From: an uncultured Gammaproteobacteria bacterium
GTDB lineage: Bacteria; Patescibacteriota; Patescibacteriia; UBA9934
NCBI GenBank assembly: GCA_964613815.1
Contig: CAZTKG010000006.1
Span: forward strand, 10,973-74,972
Length of the DNA stretch: 64,000 bases
Reading direction: 5' to 3'
Position numbers and translations under genes: made by a program. Shown here piece by piece: positions 45,932 to 55,606 of this stretch (positions within the stretch are counted from its first letter, which is position 1; each line of letters starts with the position of its first letter). The notes under the pieces are model-generated. The model ran no database searches and was not told the origin of the DNA. It was given only the letters and a program-made list of their open reading frames with translations.

Positions 45932-48868
45932 TTGGTAGAATGGTTTTATATGTATGGAGAATTTGAGAATAGCGTTGCCCGTCCTGTGGAGCGTGAGGAG
46001 CAGTTTGAGATGGATTATCGATTCTTTTTTTCTGATCCTGAATGGCCGAGGCGGATGGAAGGTTCTTTACCGGAAGATCATGTAGAGATGGCGAAGTGGC
46101 TTTTGGAACATCGGCGAGTTCGGTTGTTGCTTGATCATCGTGAGTTGTTTGAGATTGAGGATGTAGCTTTGATGGAAATTGCTATTGAGATGGATTCGGG
46201 TGATTTTTCTCGGTTACTTATGAATGAGGGGTTTGTGATGAATATTGGTTCTGTAGCGCTTGTTGCGCGGATGATGGAGGCTCAGTTTTATGATCATGTT
46301 CAGTGGTTTTTGAATAGTCCGTTTTTGGAGGGGGAGAAGCTGTCTCAGGGGCTTTTATTTCAGATGTTGGATGCTGAGATAAGGGTTGATGTTGAGAAGT
46401 TTGAGTATGATCCGACTGAGTTGGCGAAGTATTTGGCTGGGAAGGGAAATTATACTTATGTTAATTGGGGGGAGGAGGTAAGGGCGGAGGTTGATTTTGT
46501 TGATTTGGGGCGGGAGTTGATTCGATTGAATCGGTTGAGTCAGATGATGCATCAGGCGGGGTATAATCAATTGTTTTTGGAGGATGAGCTTCGGGGTGAA
46601 GTGCGAGAAGCGATGTTGAGGCACGTGCCTAATGACGGGGAGTTTCATGTGTTCGGAGAGTATGAGGATGCGTATGATGATGGAAATACTCAGGCGTTTG
46701 CCGAGGAGATGGTTGCGGTTGGCAACGAGGCGACGATGGTGCGAATTTTGAATGGGTTTCGAGGGCTTGATTGGGATTTTGGGAAGCAAGTTTTGGCGAT
46801 GGATGGTGGGCCGGAGGCGGTTGGGCAGGCGCTTAAGGTTGAGGGGGTTTTTGCGAAGAAGGCGGATGAGGATGTGGCCATCGCGCTTCTTGAAGGGGAC
46901 GAGGGTTGTCTTCCGGCGGATGGGAATGGAGTGATTGATTTTGAAATATATTTTGAACGATTTGGTCCTCGTTTTGCGTCGGCTTGTATTGATGCTGGAG
47001 ATCCTGAGACGCTTGTTGATGCGCTTGGGATTTCGCGTGGTTTGTCGGCGAATATGTTTCGTCGTCTTGTAGAGGTTGAAGGAATTGATGTTCTTTTGAA
47101 TAAGAAGAGTGTGATGGCGTTTGATTTTGAGGGAGAGGCGGTTTCTGTTATTGAGATGCTTGTTCAGTGGCGTGCGTCGACTGGGGAGATTGAGCGCGTA
47201 CTTGATCGACATACGTTTTCTTTGGAGGAGACGAAGCGGCTTGTTGAGATTTTTTGTGAGGAGCGAGATTTGTATGCGCTTGCGTATTTGTTAGATGCGC
47301 GTCTTGCAGAGACGCTTGATGCGGATTTGCGGTTTTCCGGTGAGGCGTTTGGGATGCAGCTTGATAAGCGCGTGTATGATTTGGTACGTCGGTTTCGTGC
47401 AGGAGAGTTATCTGAGCAAGATGTTTTTGAGTTGACGCAGTTTGGGATTGCGCATCCTGAACGTGGAGAGGGGGTCGAGTTTGTGCGGGCTGCGCGTCAG
47501 TTTAAGGAAGAGGTGTTTTCTTTTGAGGGAGTTGATACGGGTCGTTTGCTTCATTCGGATTTGCGCATGAAGGTTTTTTTGCATGAGATTCGATTTTCTT
47601 CGGCGGAGTTTGGACAGGATGTTGAGCCTAAATATTTGATTGAGAAATATCAGGAATTGCGGGATGCTGGAAGATTGAAGGAGCTTGATCCGGCGTTTGA
47701 GTCTAGTGAGGTGGTGAATATTGATAAGCTTGATCGAGATGCGCTTGCAGCGTTTCAGTTTACGGATGGGGGGTTGAATCGGTTTGAGGATTTTCGTGGA
47801 GCTCTTGGGAGGGCGTTTGCGATGATTGATAGTGATCAGGCGGCTTCGGGGGTTGTGAATATGATTGGGTATAAGCGAGATCAGCTTGTTCAGGAGCTTC
47901 GAGTGAAGGTGCTTGAAATGGATAATGAACGGGCGGTGGCAGCGATGCAGAAGCGCATTGATGTGCTTGAGGGGATGGATTTTGAGGATATGTCGGATTG
48001 GCGAGAGATGTTTTTGACGTTGTCTTCGTTTCGTGGAGTTTTTGATGAGGAGCTTCGGATTGGTGTGCTTTGGTGGGGACTGCAGCAGCTCAGTGATGAT
48101 CGTCTTGAGGTGGCGCGGGAGTTGGTTCAGCGGACGAGTGTTCGGTCGCGCGTGATGGGGAAGGAGTTTTCTTGGATGGCGAATTTTGTTGGGCACTTGA
48201 TGCGGAAGGAGGTGCTTGCGGAGACGTTTACGGAGGTTGATGAGCGAGGGAAGCGAACGAAGCGTGGGAAGAAGGTTTCTCGGGCGCTTGGGGGGCTTTT
48301 GTCGGTGAAGGGATTGGATCAAGAAGTTGGGCGGCTTCGGGATGTGGGTACGCGAGGGACGATGGAGATGCAGCTTGTTCCGCAGCGGAATATTATGACA
48401 GAATTTTCTGGGCATATTGGGGATGCGTGTTGGGCTGGGAAGGAGGATTCTATGCTTGAGAGGTATCCGAATGTGACAAGTGTGACGATGGTGATGAATC
48501 CGGAGAGTGAGAAGCATCGGCGGCTTGCGGGGAGTATGATGCTTTTGGAGGTGACGGCGGATGATGGGACGGATCTTTTGGTTATGCGAGGTGTGAACCC
48601 GCTCGAGAATGTGATTAATCAGTTGAGTCCCAGGGCGTTTGTGCAGGTGCTTCGTGAATATTTGGAGCCTATTGCCGAGAAGATGGGGCGGAAGCTTGGG
48701 ATGGTGATTGATAAGAAGTCTGGGGATGCGGCGACGAATCGGCCGACGTTGTTTGGGTATTTGAAAGATGAGTTGAAGGGAGAGCTTGTGCAGATGAAGG
48801 TTTCGGATGAGGCTGCGACGTTTAATGGGTATGATATTCGGAATGATGTTTATGTGTTTGGGGATTAG
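45932..48868 (+). CDS. large (978 aa) hypothetical cytoplasmic protein with no recognisable motif
   Basis: Long uninterrupted ORF with protein-like composition. It is followed by a terminator and a repeat element. Confidence 0.6.
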   Translation: MVEWFYMYGEFENSVARPVEREEQFEMDYRFFFSDPEWPRRMEGSLPEDHVEMAKWLLEHRRVRLLLDHRELFEIEDVALMEIAIEMDSGDFSRLLMNEGFVMNIGSVALVARMMEAQFYDHVQWFLNSPFLEGEKLSQGLLFQMLDAEIRVDVEKFEYDPTELAKYLAGKGNYTYVNWGEEVRAEVDFVDLGRELIRLNRLSQMMHQAGYNQLFLEDELRGEVREAMLRHVPNDGEFHVFGEYEDAYDDGNTQAFAEEMVAVGNEATMVRILNGFRGLDWDFGKQVLAMDGGPEAVGQALKVEGVFAKKADEDVAIALLEGDEGCLPADGNGVIDFEIYFERFGPRFASACIDAGDPETLVDALGISRGLSANMFRRLVEVEGIDVLLNKKSVMAFDFEGEAVSVIEMLVQWRASTGEIERVLDRHTFSLEETKRLVEIFCEERDLYALAYLLDARLAETLDADLRFSGEAFGMQLDKRVYDLVRRFRAGELSEQDVFELTQFGIAHPERGEGVEFVRAARQFKEEVFSFEGVDTGRLLHSDLRMKVFLHEIRFSSAEFGQDVEPKYLIEKYQELRDAGRLKELDPAFESSEVVNIDKLDRDALAAFQFTDGGLNRFEDFRGALGRAFAMIDSDQAASGVVNMIGYKRDQLVQELRVKVLEMDNERAVAAMQKRIDVLEGMDFEDMSDWREMFLTLSSFRGVFDEELRIGVLWWGLQQLSDDRLEVARELVQRTSVRSRVMGKEFSWMANFVGHLMRKEVLAETFTEVDERGKRTKRGKKVSRALGGLLSVKGLDQEVGRLRDVGTRGTMEMQLVPQRNIMTEFSGHIGDACWAGKEDSMLERYPNVTSVTMVMNPESEKHRRLAGSMMLLEVTADDGTDLLVMRGVNPLENVINQLSPRAFVQVLREYLEPIAEKMGRKLGMVIDKKSGDAATNRPTLFGYLKDELKGELVQMKVSDEAATFNGYDIRNDVYVFGD

Positions 48869-48919
48869 AATGAGGGTGGATAAAAAAATCGGCCATTGGC
48901 CGATTTTTTTGATTTTTGA

Positions 48920-49276
48920 CTAGATCTCTCCGCCTTGGTCGAGATGGGAGGAGGCGGTGGAAGTTGGTTCTGGTTCAGATGGTGATGTTGCGGCTAAGCT
49001 GCTTTTTACTTCGTCTTTTAGTTTTTTTCCAGCTTTGAATTTTGGCACTTTTACCGCTGGGATGTCGATGATTTGAGATGGGTTTCTTGGGTTCACGCCT
49101 TTTCTTGCGTGGCGTACGCGGGAGGAGAACGTGCCGAATCCGCTGATGGTTACTTCTTCATCGTTTTGGAGGGCTTTGATGATTTCTGCTTGGAAGGCGA
49201 TGAGGAAATCTTCTGCCTCTTTTTTGGAGAGGTTGAGATTGTCTGCAATTTTTTCTGCCAGTCTTGCTTTGTTCAT
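48920..49276 (-). CDS. hup: DNA-binding protein HU with a Ser/Pro/Thr C-terminal tail
   Basis: MNKARLAEKIADNLNLSKKEAEDFL...GFGTF...R.ARKGVNPRNP is the HU/IHF fold signature. Confidence 0.8.
   Translation of the reverse strand: MNKARLAEKIADNLNLSKKEAEDFLIAFQAEIIKALQNDEEVTISGFGTFSSRVRHARKGVNPRNPSQIIDIPAVKVPKFKAGKKLKDEVKSSLAATSPSEPEPTSTASSHLDQGGEI
48921..48950. repeat. half copy of the inverted-repeat element (AGATCTCTCCGCCTTGGTCGAGATGGGAGGAGG) overlapping the hup stop codon
   Basis: The last 9 codons and the stop of hup (SHLDQGGEI*) are encoded by the element. Confidence 0.65.
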
Positions 49277-49287
49277 ATATGAAGAAG

Positions 49288-50817
49288 TTAACGTGCGTAC
49301 TCGCTAACGCGGGTCTCGCGGATGATTGTGATTCGAACTTCGCCGGGGTAGGTGAGGCTACTTTCGATTTTCTTTGCAATGTCTCTTGCTAGCTTGTGCG
49401 CTTCGTAGTCGTCGACTTTGTCTGGCCTTACGAAGACGCGGACTTCGCGACCGGCTTGGATAGCGTAGGCTTTCTCGACGCCTTCGAAACTGTTTGCCGT
49501 GTCTTCTAGGTTTTGGAGGCGCTGGAGGTAGTCTTCCACGTTTGTTCTACGCGCTCCAGGTCTTGCACCGCTGATGGCGTCGGCTGCTTTTACGATTATA
49601 CCCTCTAATGTGCGAGGGCGGTCTTCGTGGTGTGCAATAGATTGGTAACAGAGGTCTTCTGGCCAACCGAATTTTTTCATGATGTTGTAGCCGATTTCTG
49701 GATGGGCGCCTTGCATGTCGTGGTCAACGGCTTTTCCGATGTCGTGGAAGAGTCCGCCTTGTTTGCAGTTTTTGACGTCAGCGCCGAGTTCTTCTGCAAT
49801 CATACCGGAGATACGAGCGACTTCGATGGAATGTTGAAGGACGTTTTGTCCGTAGCTGGTTCGGAATTTGAGTCGGCCAAGAATAGAGACGAGTTTTGGA
49901 TCGATGGATGAGACGGGAATACCGAGTTGATAGAGTGCGTCTTCTCCAGCTTTTTTCATTTCTCGTGCAAGTTCTTTTTTGGCGAGTTCAATGGTGTCTT
50001 CGATTTTGGCTGGCTGGATGCGGCCGTCTTTCATGAGCATCTCGATGGTGCGTTTGGCGATTTGGCGACGGACAGGGGAGAAACCGCTGATGGTGATGGA
50101 TTCTGGTGTGTCGTCGATGATGATTTCGCAGCCTGTGAGGCGTTCGAGCGCCTTGATGTTTCGTCCTTCTTTTCCAATGATGCGGCCCTTCATATCGTCT
50201 GATGGGAGACTGACGTTTGTTGTTGTGGAATCAACAACATGAGAGGCGGCGAATCTTTGAATGGCGAGGGAGAGGATTTTTTTCGCTTTGTTTTCTATTT
50301 CGTCATCGTGCTCTTGCTCCATTTTTCTTACGCGTGAGAGGAGGGCCTCTTTTTGGTCTTGTTCTACGAGATTGAAAAGATGATCTTTTGCTTCGTCTTT
50401 TGAGAGACCTGCGATTGATTGGAGTTTATCGATGGCTTCTTGTCGTTTTTTGTGAACTTCTTCGGCTTTTTGTTCTATTTTTTTAAATTCTTCTTGAATT
50501 TTTGCCTTGCTCTCCTCGAGACCCATGAGTTTGGCGTCGAATTTATTTTGACGGTCGAGAAGTTGGCGTTCGAGGTTTTTGAGCTCTCTTCGACGTTCGT
50601 TTTCCTCTTGTTTTCCTTTTTCGATGAACTTGAGCGTTCGTTCTTTCGCGGCGATGAGCATTTCTTGCTCTTTGTTTTTTGCCTCTTGTAGGATTTTGTT
50701 CGCTTTTATTTCTGCGCCTTCGACTTTTCGTTTGCCGAATGTGCTTCGAGCGATGACTCCGATGAGGATTCCGATAACGAGTGCTCCAAGTCCAGATGCG
50801 ATAATTCCTGTTGGCAT
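49288..50817 (-). CDS. rny: ribonuclease Y
   Basis: N-terminal TM helix, a coiled coil, a KH domain (IIGKEGRNIKALE) and an HD domain (HSIEVARISGMIAEELGAD...GLFHDIGK). Confidence 0.88.
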   Translation of the reverse strand: MPTGIIASGLGALVIGILIGVIARSTFGKRKVEGAEIKANKILQEAKNKEQEMLIAAKERTLKFIEKGKQEENERRRELKNLERQLLDRQNKFDAKLMGLEESKAKIQEEFKKIEQKAEEVHKKRQEAIDKLQSIAGLSKDEAKDHLFNLVEQDQKEALLSRVRKMEQEHDDEIENKAKKILSLAIQRFAASHVVDSTTTNVSLPSDDMKGRIIGKEGRNIKALERLTGCEIIIDDTPESITISGFSPVRRQIAKRTIEMLMKDGRIQPAKIEDTIELAKKELAREMKKAGEDALYQLGIPVSSIDPKLVSILGRLKFRTSYGQNVLQHSIEVARISGMIAEELGADVKNCKQGGLFHDIGKAVDHDMQGAHPEIGYNIMKKFGWPEDLCYQSIAHHEDRPRTLEGIIVKAADAISGARPGARRTNVEDYLQRLQNLEDTANSFEGVEKAYAIQAGREVRVFVRPDKVDDYEAHKLARDIAKKIESSLTYPGEVRITIIRETRVSEYAR

Positions 50818-50873
50818 ATCTGGAATTGTATAAAATGATTACTCACTGACTTTAGCAACGGTTGCTGGGGTCG

Positions 50874-51569
50874 TCAATGCGATTTTTGGATGAGGAGGGA
50901 TTGCCAATTGTCTTTGGTTACGTCTCTGAGGTTAGCGGCGTTTTGGATTGTGTAGGTTCCGATGGTGGATCTGTTTAGGGAAGAGCAGTAGCCGAGGGTG
51001 TTTAGGTGCTTTGCAAGATCCCTCGCGATACACCTGATGTAGGTTCCGGATGAGCACGAAATTGATACATCGATGGTTGTGGTTTGATCGCCTTGGTTGA
51101 TGTTTCGCAGTTTGAAGTCGGTGATGGTAATTTGTCGGGGTTTGCGTTCGATTGTTTTTCCTTGGCGGGCGAGTTCGTAGAGTTTTTTTCCGTTTACTTT
51201 GATCGCGGCGTACATTGGGGGGATTTGGTCCTGGGGGCCGGTCATGGCACCCATCGCGGTTTTAATGTTGGTTTCTGATAGGGATGGGGGTGATTCTGCG
51301 TATGTTATTTTTGATTCTGGGTCTAGGGTTTCTGTCGTTGCTCCGAGGGTGAAGGTCGCTTCGTAGGTTTTTGGGAGGCCGACGAAGCTTGAAATTTCTT
51401 TTGTTGCTTGACGGGATATGGCGAGGATGAGGAGTCCTGTAGCGAATGGGTCGAGAGTTCCGGCGTGACCTATTTTTTTGATGCCGGTGATTTTGCGGAG
51501 CGTGTCGACGACGTCGTGAGAGGTGATTCTGGGGGGTTTGTTTATGAGGAGAAATCCTGATGGTGTCAT
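50874..51569 (-). CDS. truB: tRNA pseudouridine(55) synthase
   Basis: GFLLINKPPRITSHDVVD and GHAGTLDPFATGLLILA (catalytic Asp motif). Confidence 0.85.
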   Translation of the reverse strand: MTPSGFLLINKPPRITSHDVVDTLRKITGIKKIGHAGTLDPFATGLLILAISRQATKEISSFVGLPKTYEATFTLGATTETLDPESKITYAESPPSLSETNIKTAMGAMTGPQDQIPPMYAAIKVNGKKLYELARQGKTIERKPRQITITDFKLRNINQGDQTTTIDVSISCSSGTYIRCIARDLAKHLNTLGYCSSLNRSTIGTYTIQNAANLRDVTKDNWQSLLIQKSH

Positions 51570-51609
51570 ATGAATTGAGTTTAGATGAGGTTGACGTGTT
51601 TGGCTAGGG

Positions 51610-52320
51610 TTGGTAGATTTTTTTTATCGTTCTTTGGGAGAATTGATGTTTTTGATTGGTCTTTTTTTCTCGTTTTTCTTTGTTTCTGATGCTGATGCTG
51701 GGCGCCAATGTGTTCCTCGTCGGGTGTATGACCTCTCTTTGTATCCTGGATTTGATCGGGATGATTGGGATGTCTATGACGCGGAGACCTGCGTTGCGAC
51801 GGTGCACGTTGATTATGATCCTGCTGTCGGTGAAACGATTCGGATGATGGATTCGACTGCGGTGAATGCGGAGGTGACGCGGCTTGTGCTGGAGATTCGA
51901 AGTGTTTTTTTGTGGATTCAGCGGATTCATAAAGAAGATTGGAGTGCGTATCTTCGGTCGATGGGGCATTTTTCGTATGCGCTTTGTTCGGGTGCTCGGC
52001 TCATGTATTACGCGCACGAGCGGCCTGATCGGGTGCCTGATGGGATTGTGATGAGTGCGATTCGTGATCCTGGTGGACGACTTGGAGGGCCTGGGTATGC
52101 GGCAATGTTGATGTATCGGGCTGTGGATCTTGGTTATCGCGATGCGGCGCTTTTGCTTTGGCATGAGCTTGAGCGTGTTGAGGAGGCTGGCGGCGGGTTG
52201 AGTTGTTCGAATGAGATTGAGGGGGCTTCGTCTCGTCGATATGCCGCGGTTCTTGATGAGCGTGGGCAGGAGGCTGCTGATCAGGTGCGAATCAACTTTC
52301 AGTTCTTGCCGCCGAGCTGA
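51610..52320 (+). CDS. secreted hypothetical protein
   Basis: N-terminal signal-peptide-like segment (FLIGLFFSFFFVSDADA). No motif recognised. Confidence 0.45.
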   Translation: MVDFFYRSLGELMFLIGLFFSFFFVSDADAGRQCVPRRVYDLSLYPGFDRDDWDVYDAETCVATVHVDYDPAVGETIRMMDSTAVNAEVTRLVLEIRSVFLWIQRIHKEDWSAYLRSMGHFSYALCSGARLMYYAHERPDRVPDGIVMSAIRDPGGRLGGPGYAAMLMYRAVDLGYRDAALLLWHELERVEEAGGGLSCSNEIEGASSRRYAAVLDERGQEAADQVRINFQFLPPS

Positions 52321-52361
52321 TATCTCCCGCATGCGGGGGATTTTTTTGTTATACTTCTTGC

Positions 52362-52853
52362 ATGACGCATGGATATTCAAATATTGAGGTTTTGACGGCT
52401 GGAGCGATTGTGATGTTTTTGGCGCTTGTTTTGATTGTACTTGGTGGGCCTGATCGGGAACTTCGGGCGGAATATGATGTGGTGCGTCAGGGGGATGTGG
52501 GTGATGTGATGGAAGTGATGCTTGATTTGGAGCTTTCGGATCGGGAGGAATTCGCTGGGGTGGTTGGGCAGGTGACGGATCGGCGTGTGATGCTTGGGAC
52601 GGGGGTTGATTGCAGTGGAGATGTGGGGACGGTATGTACAGATGAAGGGCTTGCGGACGCGTGTTTGGATTTGAGTGGATATTTTGAAGGGCATGATCCT
52701 GATGTGATGCCAGTTGATCCTCGTGATGGGGAGTTTACGATGGAGCGGACGGGGTATTACATTTCTTTTGTTGATGGGTTGATGGAGATTGGGAGTTGTA
52801 ATCCTGAGAGTATGAACGGGGTGTTTTTGCAGAAGCGGTTTGGGCTTGAGTAA
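52362..52853 (+). CDS. type IV pilin-like / pseudopilin protein
   Basis: MTHGYSNIEVLTAGAIVMFLALVLIVLGG has a class III signal with G at -1, Glu at +5, and a hydrophobic helix. Confidence 0.5.
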   Translation: MTHGYSNIEVLTAGAIVMFLALVLIVLGGPDRELRAEYDVVRQGDVGDVMEVMLDLELSDREEFAGVVGQVTDRRVMLGTGVDCSGDVGTVCTDEGLADACLDLSGYFEGHDPDVMPVDPRDGEFTMERTGYYISFVDGLMEIGSCNPESMNGVFLQKRFGLE

Positions 52854-52923
52854 GTTTTTTGCTTTTATTATTGACGCTTTGGGCGTTTTTTTGTATTGTC
52901 CTCGGTATTGAACCCCTACTTCC

Positions 52924-54918
52924 ATGAATATTACGCAGCTTGCTAGACGTCTTCGAGTTACTCCTGAAGAGCTACGCGCAAAATTGCCGGAGCTCGGTTT
53001 TGATATTGGGCAGAAAGCGCTTAAGATTCCGGATCGGGATGCGGGGCGAATTATGTATGCTTGGCGTGAATATAAGAAGCGTCAGTATTTGGAGAAGAAG
53101 CGTGATGAGCAGCGAGCTCGTGCAGAGCGGAAGGAGCGGGTGAAGAGTGGTGATGCTGAGCAGGTCATGCTTCCTTCGACGATGAGTGTGCGGGAATTTG
53201 CTGAGCATATGAACTTGCCGATCGCGAAGGTGATGCAGGAGTTGATGCGACAGGGTATTCTTGCGTCTCTTAATGAGCGGATTGATTTTGATACAGCTGC
53301 TATTGTGGCTGAGGATTTGGGATTTTTGGCGCAGCCGCTTGAAGGGAGCGCGGATGGTTCTGATGAGGAGGTGCAGAGGCTTGAGGCTGTTATGTCAGCT
53401 GAAGATGAGGCTGATCTTGTTCAGCGACCTCCGGTTATTGTGGTGATGGGGCATGTTGATCATGGAAAGACGAAGCTTCTTGATGCTGTGCGGAAGACGA
53501 ATGTTGTTGATAGTGAGCGTGGAGGAATTACGCAGCATATTGGTGCTTATCAGGTTGAGCGGAATGATCATTTGATGACTTTTATTGATACACCGGGACA
53601 CGAGGCTTTTACGGTTATGAGAAGTCGTGGTGCGAAGGTTGCGGATATTGCGATTTTGGTTGTTGCTGCGGATGATGGAATTCAGCCGCAGACAAAGGAG
53701 GCGATTGATATTATTAAGGCTTCTAAGTTGCCGTTTGTTGTTGCGATTAACAAGATTGATGTTGCGGGTGCAAATGTTGAACGTGTGAAGGGGCAGCTTG
53801 CTGAGGTGAATTTTGTTCCGGAAGATTGGGGAGGGAAAACGATTTGTGTTCCGATGAGCGCGAAGACGGGAGAGAATGTTGATCAGCTTCTTGATATGCT
53901 CGTGCTTGTCGCTGATTTGGCGAAGGATGATATTCGTGCGAATCCTGATCGACTTGCGATTGGAACGATTATTGAGTCACACGTTGATAAGGGTGAAGGG
54001 GCTGTTGCAACGGTTTTGGTACAGACTGGGGAGTTGAAGGTTGGGGACGCTGTTGGTCTTCGTGGAGTTAATTATGGAAAGGTTCGCGCGATGCGGACTT
54101 GGGATGGGCAGACGGTGAAGACTGCTGCGCCTTCTACTCCTGTGAAAATTTTGGGATTAAAAGATGCGCCTTCTGTTGGAGATATTTTGGAAGTGCCGGA
54201 AAATCCGAAGTCTTTGGAAAAGGTGAAGTTTAAGCATAGTACGAAGTCTGGTGTGGCGGAGATTTCTGTGAAGAAGACGGTTTCTGTGGATGATGATGAG
54301 GATGAGAAGCCGGTTTTGAATGTGATCGTGAAGGCAGATGTGCTTGGGTCGCTTGAGGCGGTGATTGGCATGATTGAGAAGATTGATAATCCGTATGTTG
54401 ATGTGAAGGTTGTGGCGAAGGGGCTTGGGAATGTGACGGATGCGGATATGCTTCGGGCGGAGGCTGCTGAGGCTCGTGTGTATGCGTTTAATGTGCGTTT
54501 GACAGGAACTGCGGAGACGCTTGCTCGCGACAAAGATTTGTCGTTTGAGCGGTTTGAGATTATTTATCGATTGCATGAAGACATGGAGGAGCGTGTGAAG
54601 GCGCTTGTGCCGAAGGAGAAGGTTTATACGGAACTTGGAAGTTTGCGTGTACTTGCGGTGTTTGGGAAGCTTGAGAAGGGTGTTGTGATTGGAGGGCAGG
54701 TTCTTAAAGGGACGATTGAGCGCGGGGCTGTTGCTCGTGTGATTCGTGAGGAGAAGATTTTGGGGGAGGGGCTTATTGAGACGTTGCAGGCTGGGAAGGT
54801 TGATGTGAAGGATGTTGAGCAGGGGCAGGAATGTGGGATTGGGTTTACGACGAAGACGAAGGTTGAGGTTGGGGATACCTTGGAGATTTATAAGGAGGAG
54901 GAGATTGAACGGAAATAA
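52924..54918 (+). CDS. infB: translation initiation factor IF-2
   Basis: GTP-binding motifs GHVDHGKT, DTPGHEAF and NKID, plus IF-2 C-terminal beta-barrels. Confidence 0.92.
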   Translation: MNITQLARRLRVTPEELRAKLPELGFDIGQKALKIPDRDAGRIMYAWREYKKRQYLEKKRDEQRARAERKERVKSGDAEQVMLPSTMSVREFAEHMNLPIAKVMQELMRQGILASLNERIDFDTAAIVAEDLGFLAQPLEGSADGSDEEVQRLEAVMSAEDEADLVQRPPVIVVMGHVDHGKTKLLDAVRKTNVVDSERGGITQHIGAYQVERNDHLMTFIDTPGHEAFTVMRSRGAKVADIAILVVAADDGIQPQTKEAIDIIKASKLPFVVAINKIDVAGANVERVKGQLAEVNFVPEDWGGKTICVPMSAKTGENVDQLLDMLVLVADLAKDDIRANPDRLAIGTIIESHVDKGEGAVATVLVQTGELKVGDAVGLRGVNYGKVRAMRTWDGQTVKTAAPSTPVKILGLKDAPSVGDILEVPENPKSLEKVKFKHSTKSGVAEISVKKTVSVDDDEDEKPVLNVIVKADVLGSLEAVIGMIEKIDNPYVDVKVVAKGLGNVTDADMLRAEAAEARVYAFNVRLTGTAETLARDKDLSFERFEIIYRLHEDMEERVKALVPKEKVYTELGSLRVLAVFGKLEKGVVIGGQVLKGTIERGAVARVIREEKILGEGLIETLQAGKVDVKDVEQGQECGIGFTTKTKVEVGDTLEIYKEEEIERK

Positions 54919-55216
54919 GAAAAGGAGGTGAATTGAAGAGGGAGAGGCTTTTTTGGGCAATCGGACGCCTTTAACGCCTCTTTTTTGATTTTGGCTTCAG
55001 ATGGATAAAAGAGGGTGGACGGCGTTATTCCTCATGCCTAAAAACACCCCTCCTCCCTCCAATTCACGTTTTTATAGGGGAATGAAAAAACACCGGGGAT
55101 AGCTGGTGCTTTTGATGGTGCCGTGTGGCGTGGGCGCTGCTGGCCTCGCGGGATCCTTTCGGCGCGCTAGGGCTGGCGCGCCTCAGGATGGTGGAGCAAG
55201 GTGGGATTTTGTAATC

Positions 55217-55525
55217 TTATAAGTGTTTTTGGAGTTTTTCTTTTAAACCTTCTTTGCTCATTGATCCTGAGAATTGTTCCACCACCTTGCCGCTTTTGAA
55301 GACGAGGAAGGTTGGGATGGAGAGGATGTTGTATTGTCTTGCGAGATCTGGTTCTGCGTCTACGTTGATTTTGCCGATGGTGACGTGTTCCATTTCTGTG
55401 GCGAGTTCGTCGACGATGGGGGACATCATTTTACATGGGCCGCACCAGGGGGCCCAGAAGTCTACGAGAACAAGGGTTTCGGATTGAAGTACGGCGGCGT
55501 CGAAGTTGTCGGCGGTTAGGTCCAT
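55217..55525 (-). CDS. trxA: thioredoxin
   Basis: WAPWCGPCK active site. The start was taken at the ATG (MDLTADNF), because the track start is a TTG. Confidence 0.88.
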   Translation of the reverse strand: MDLTADNFDAAVLQSETLVLVDFWAPWCGPCKMMSPIVDELATEMEHVTIGKINVDAEPDLARQYNILSIPTFLVFKSGKVVEQFSGSMSKEGLKEKLQKHL

Positions 55526-55606
55526 AGAGATAGATTCAAAATTCAAAGTGGTGATAGTTTATCATATTTCGATTAAAGATTCTGTTTGTGATAAACTCAG
55601 GCCAAT

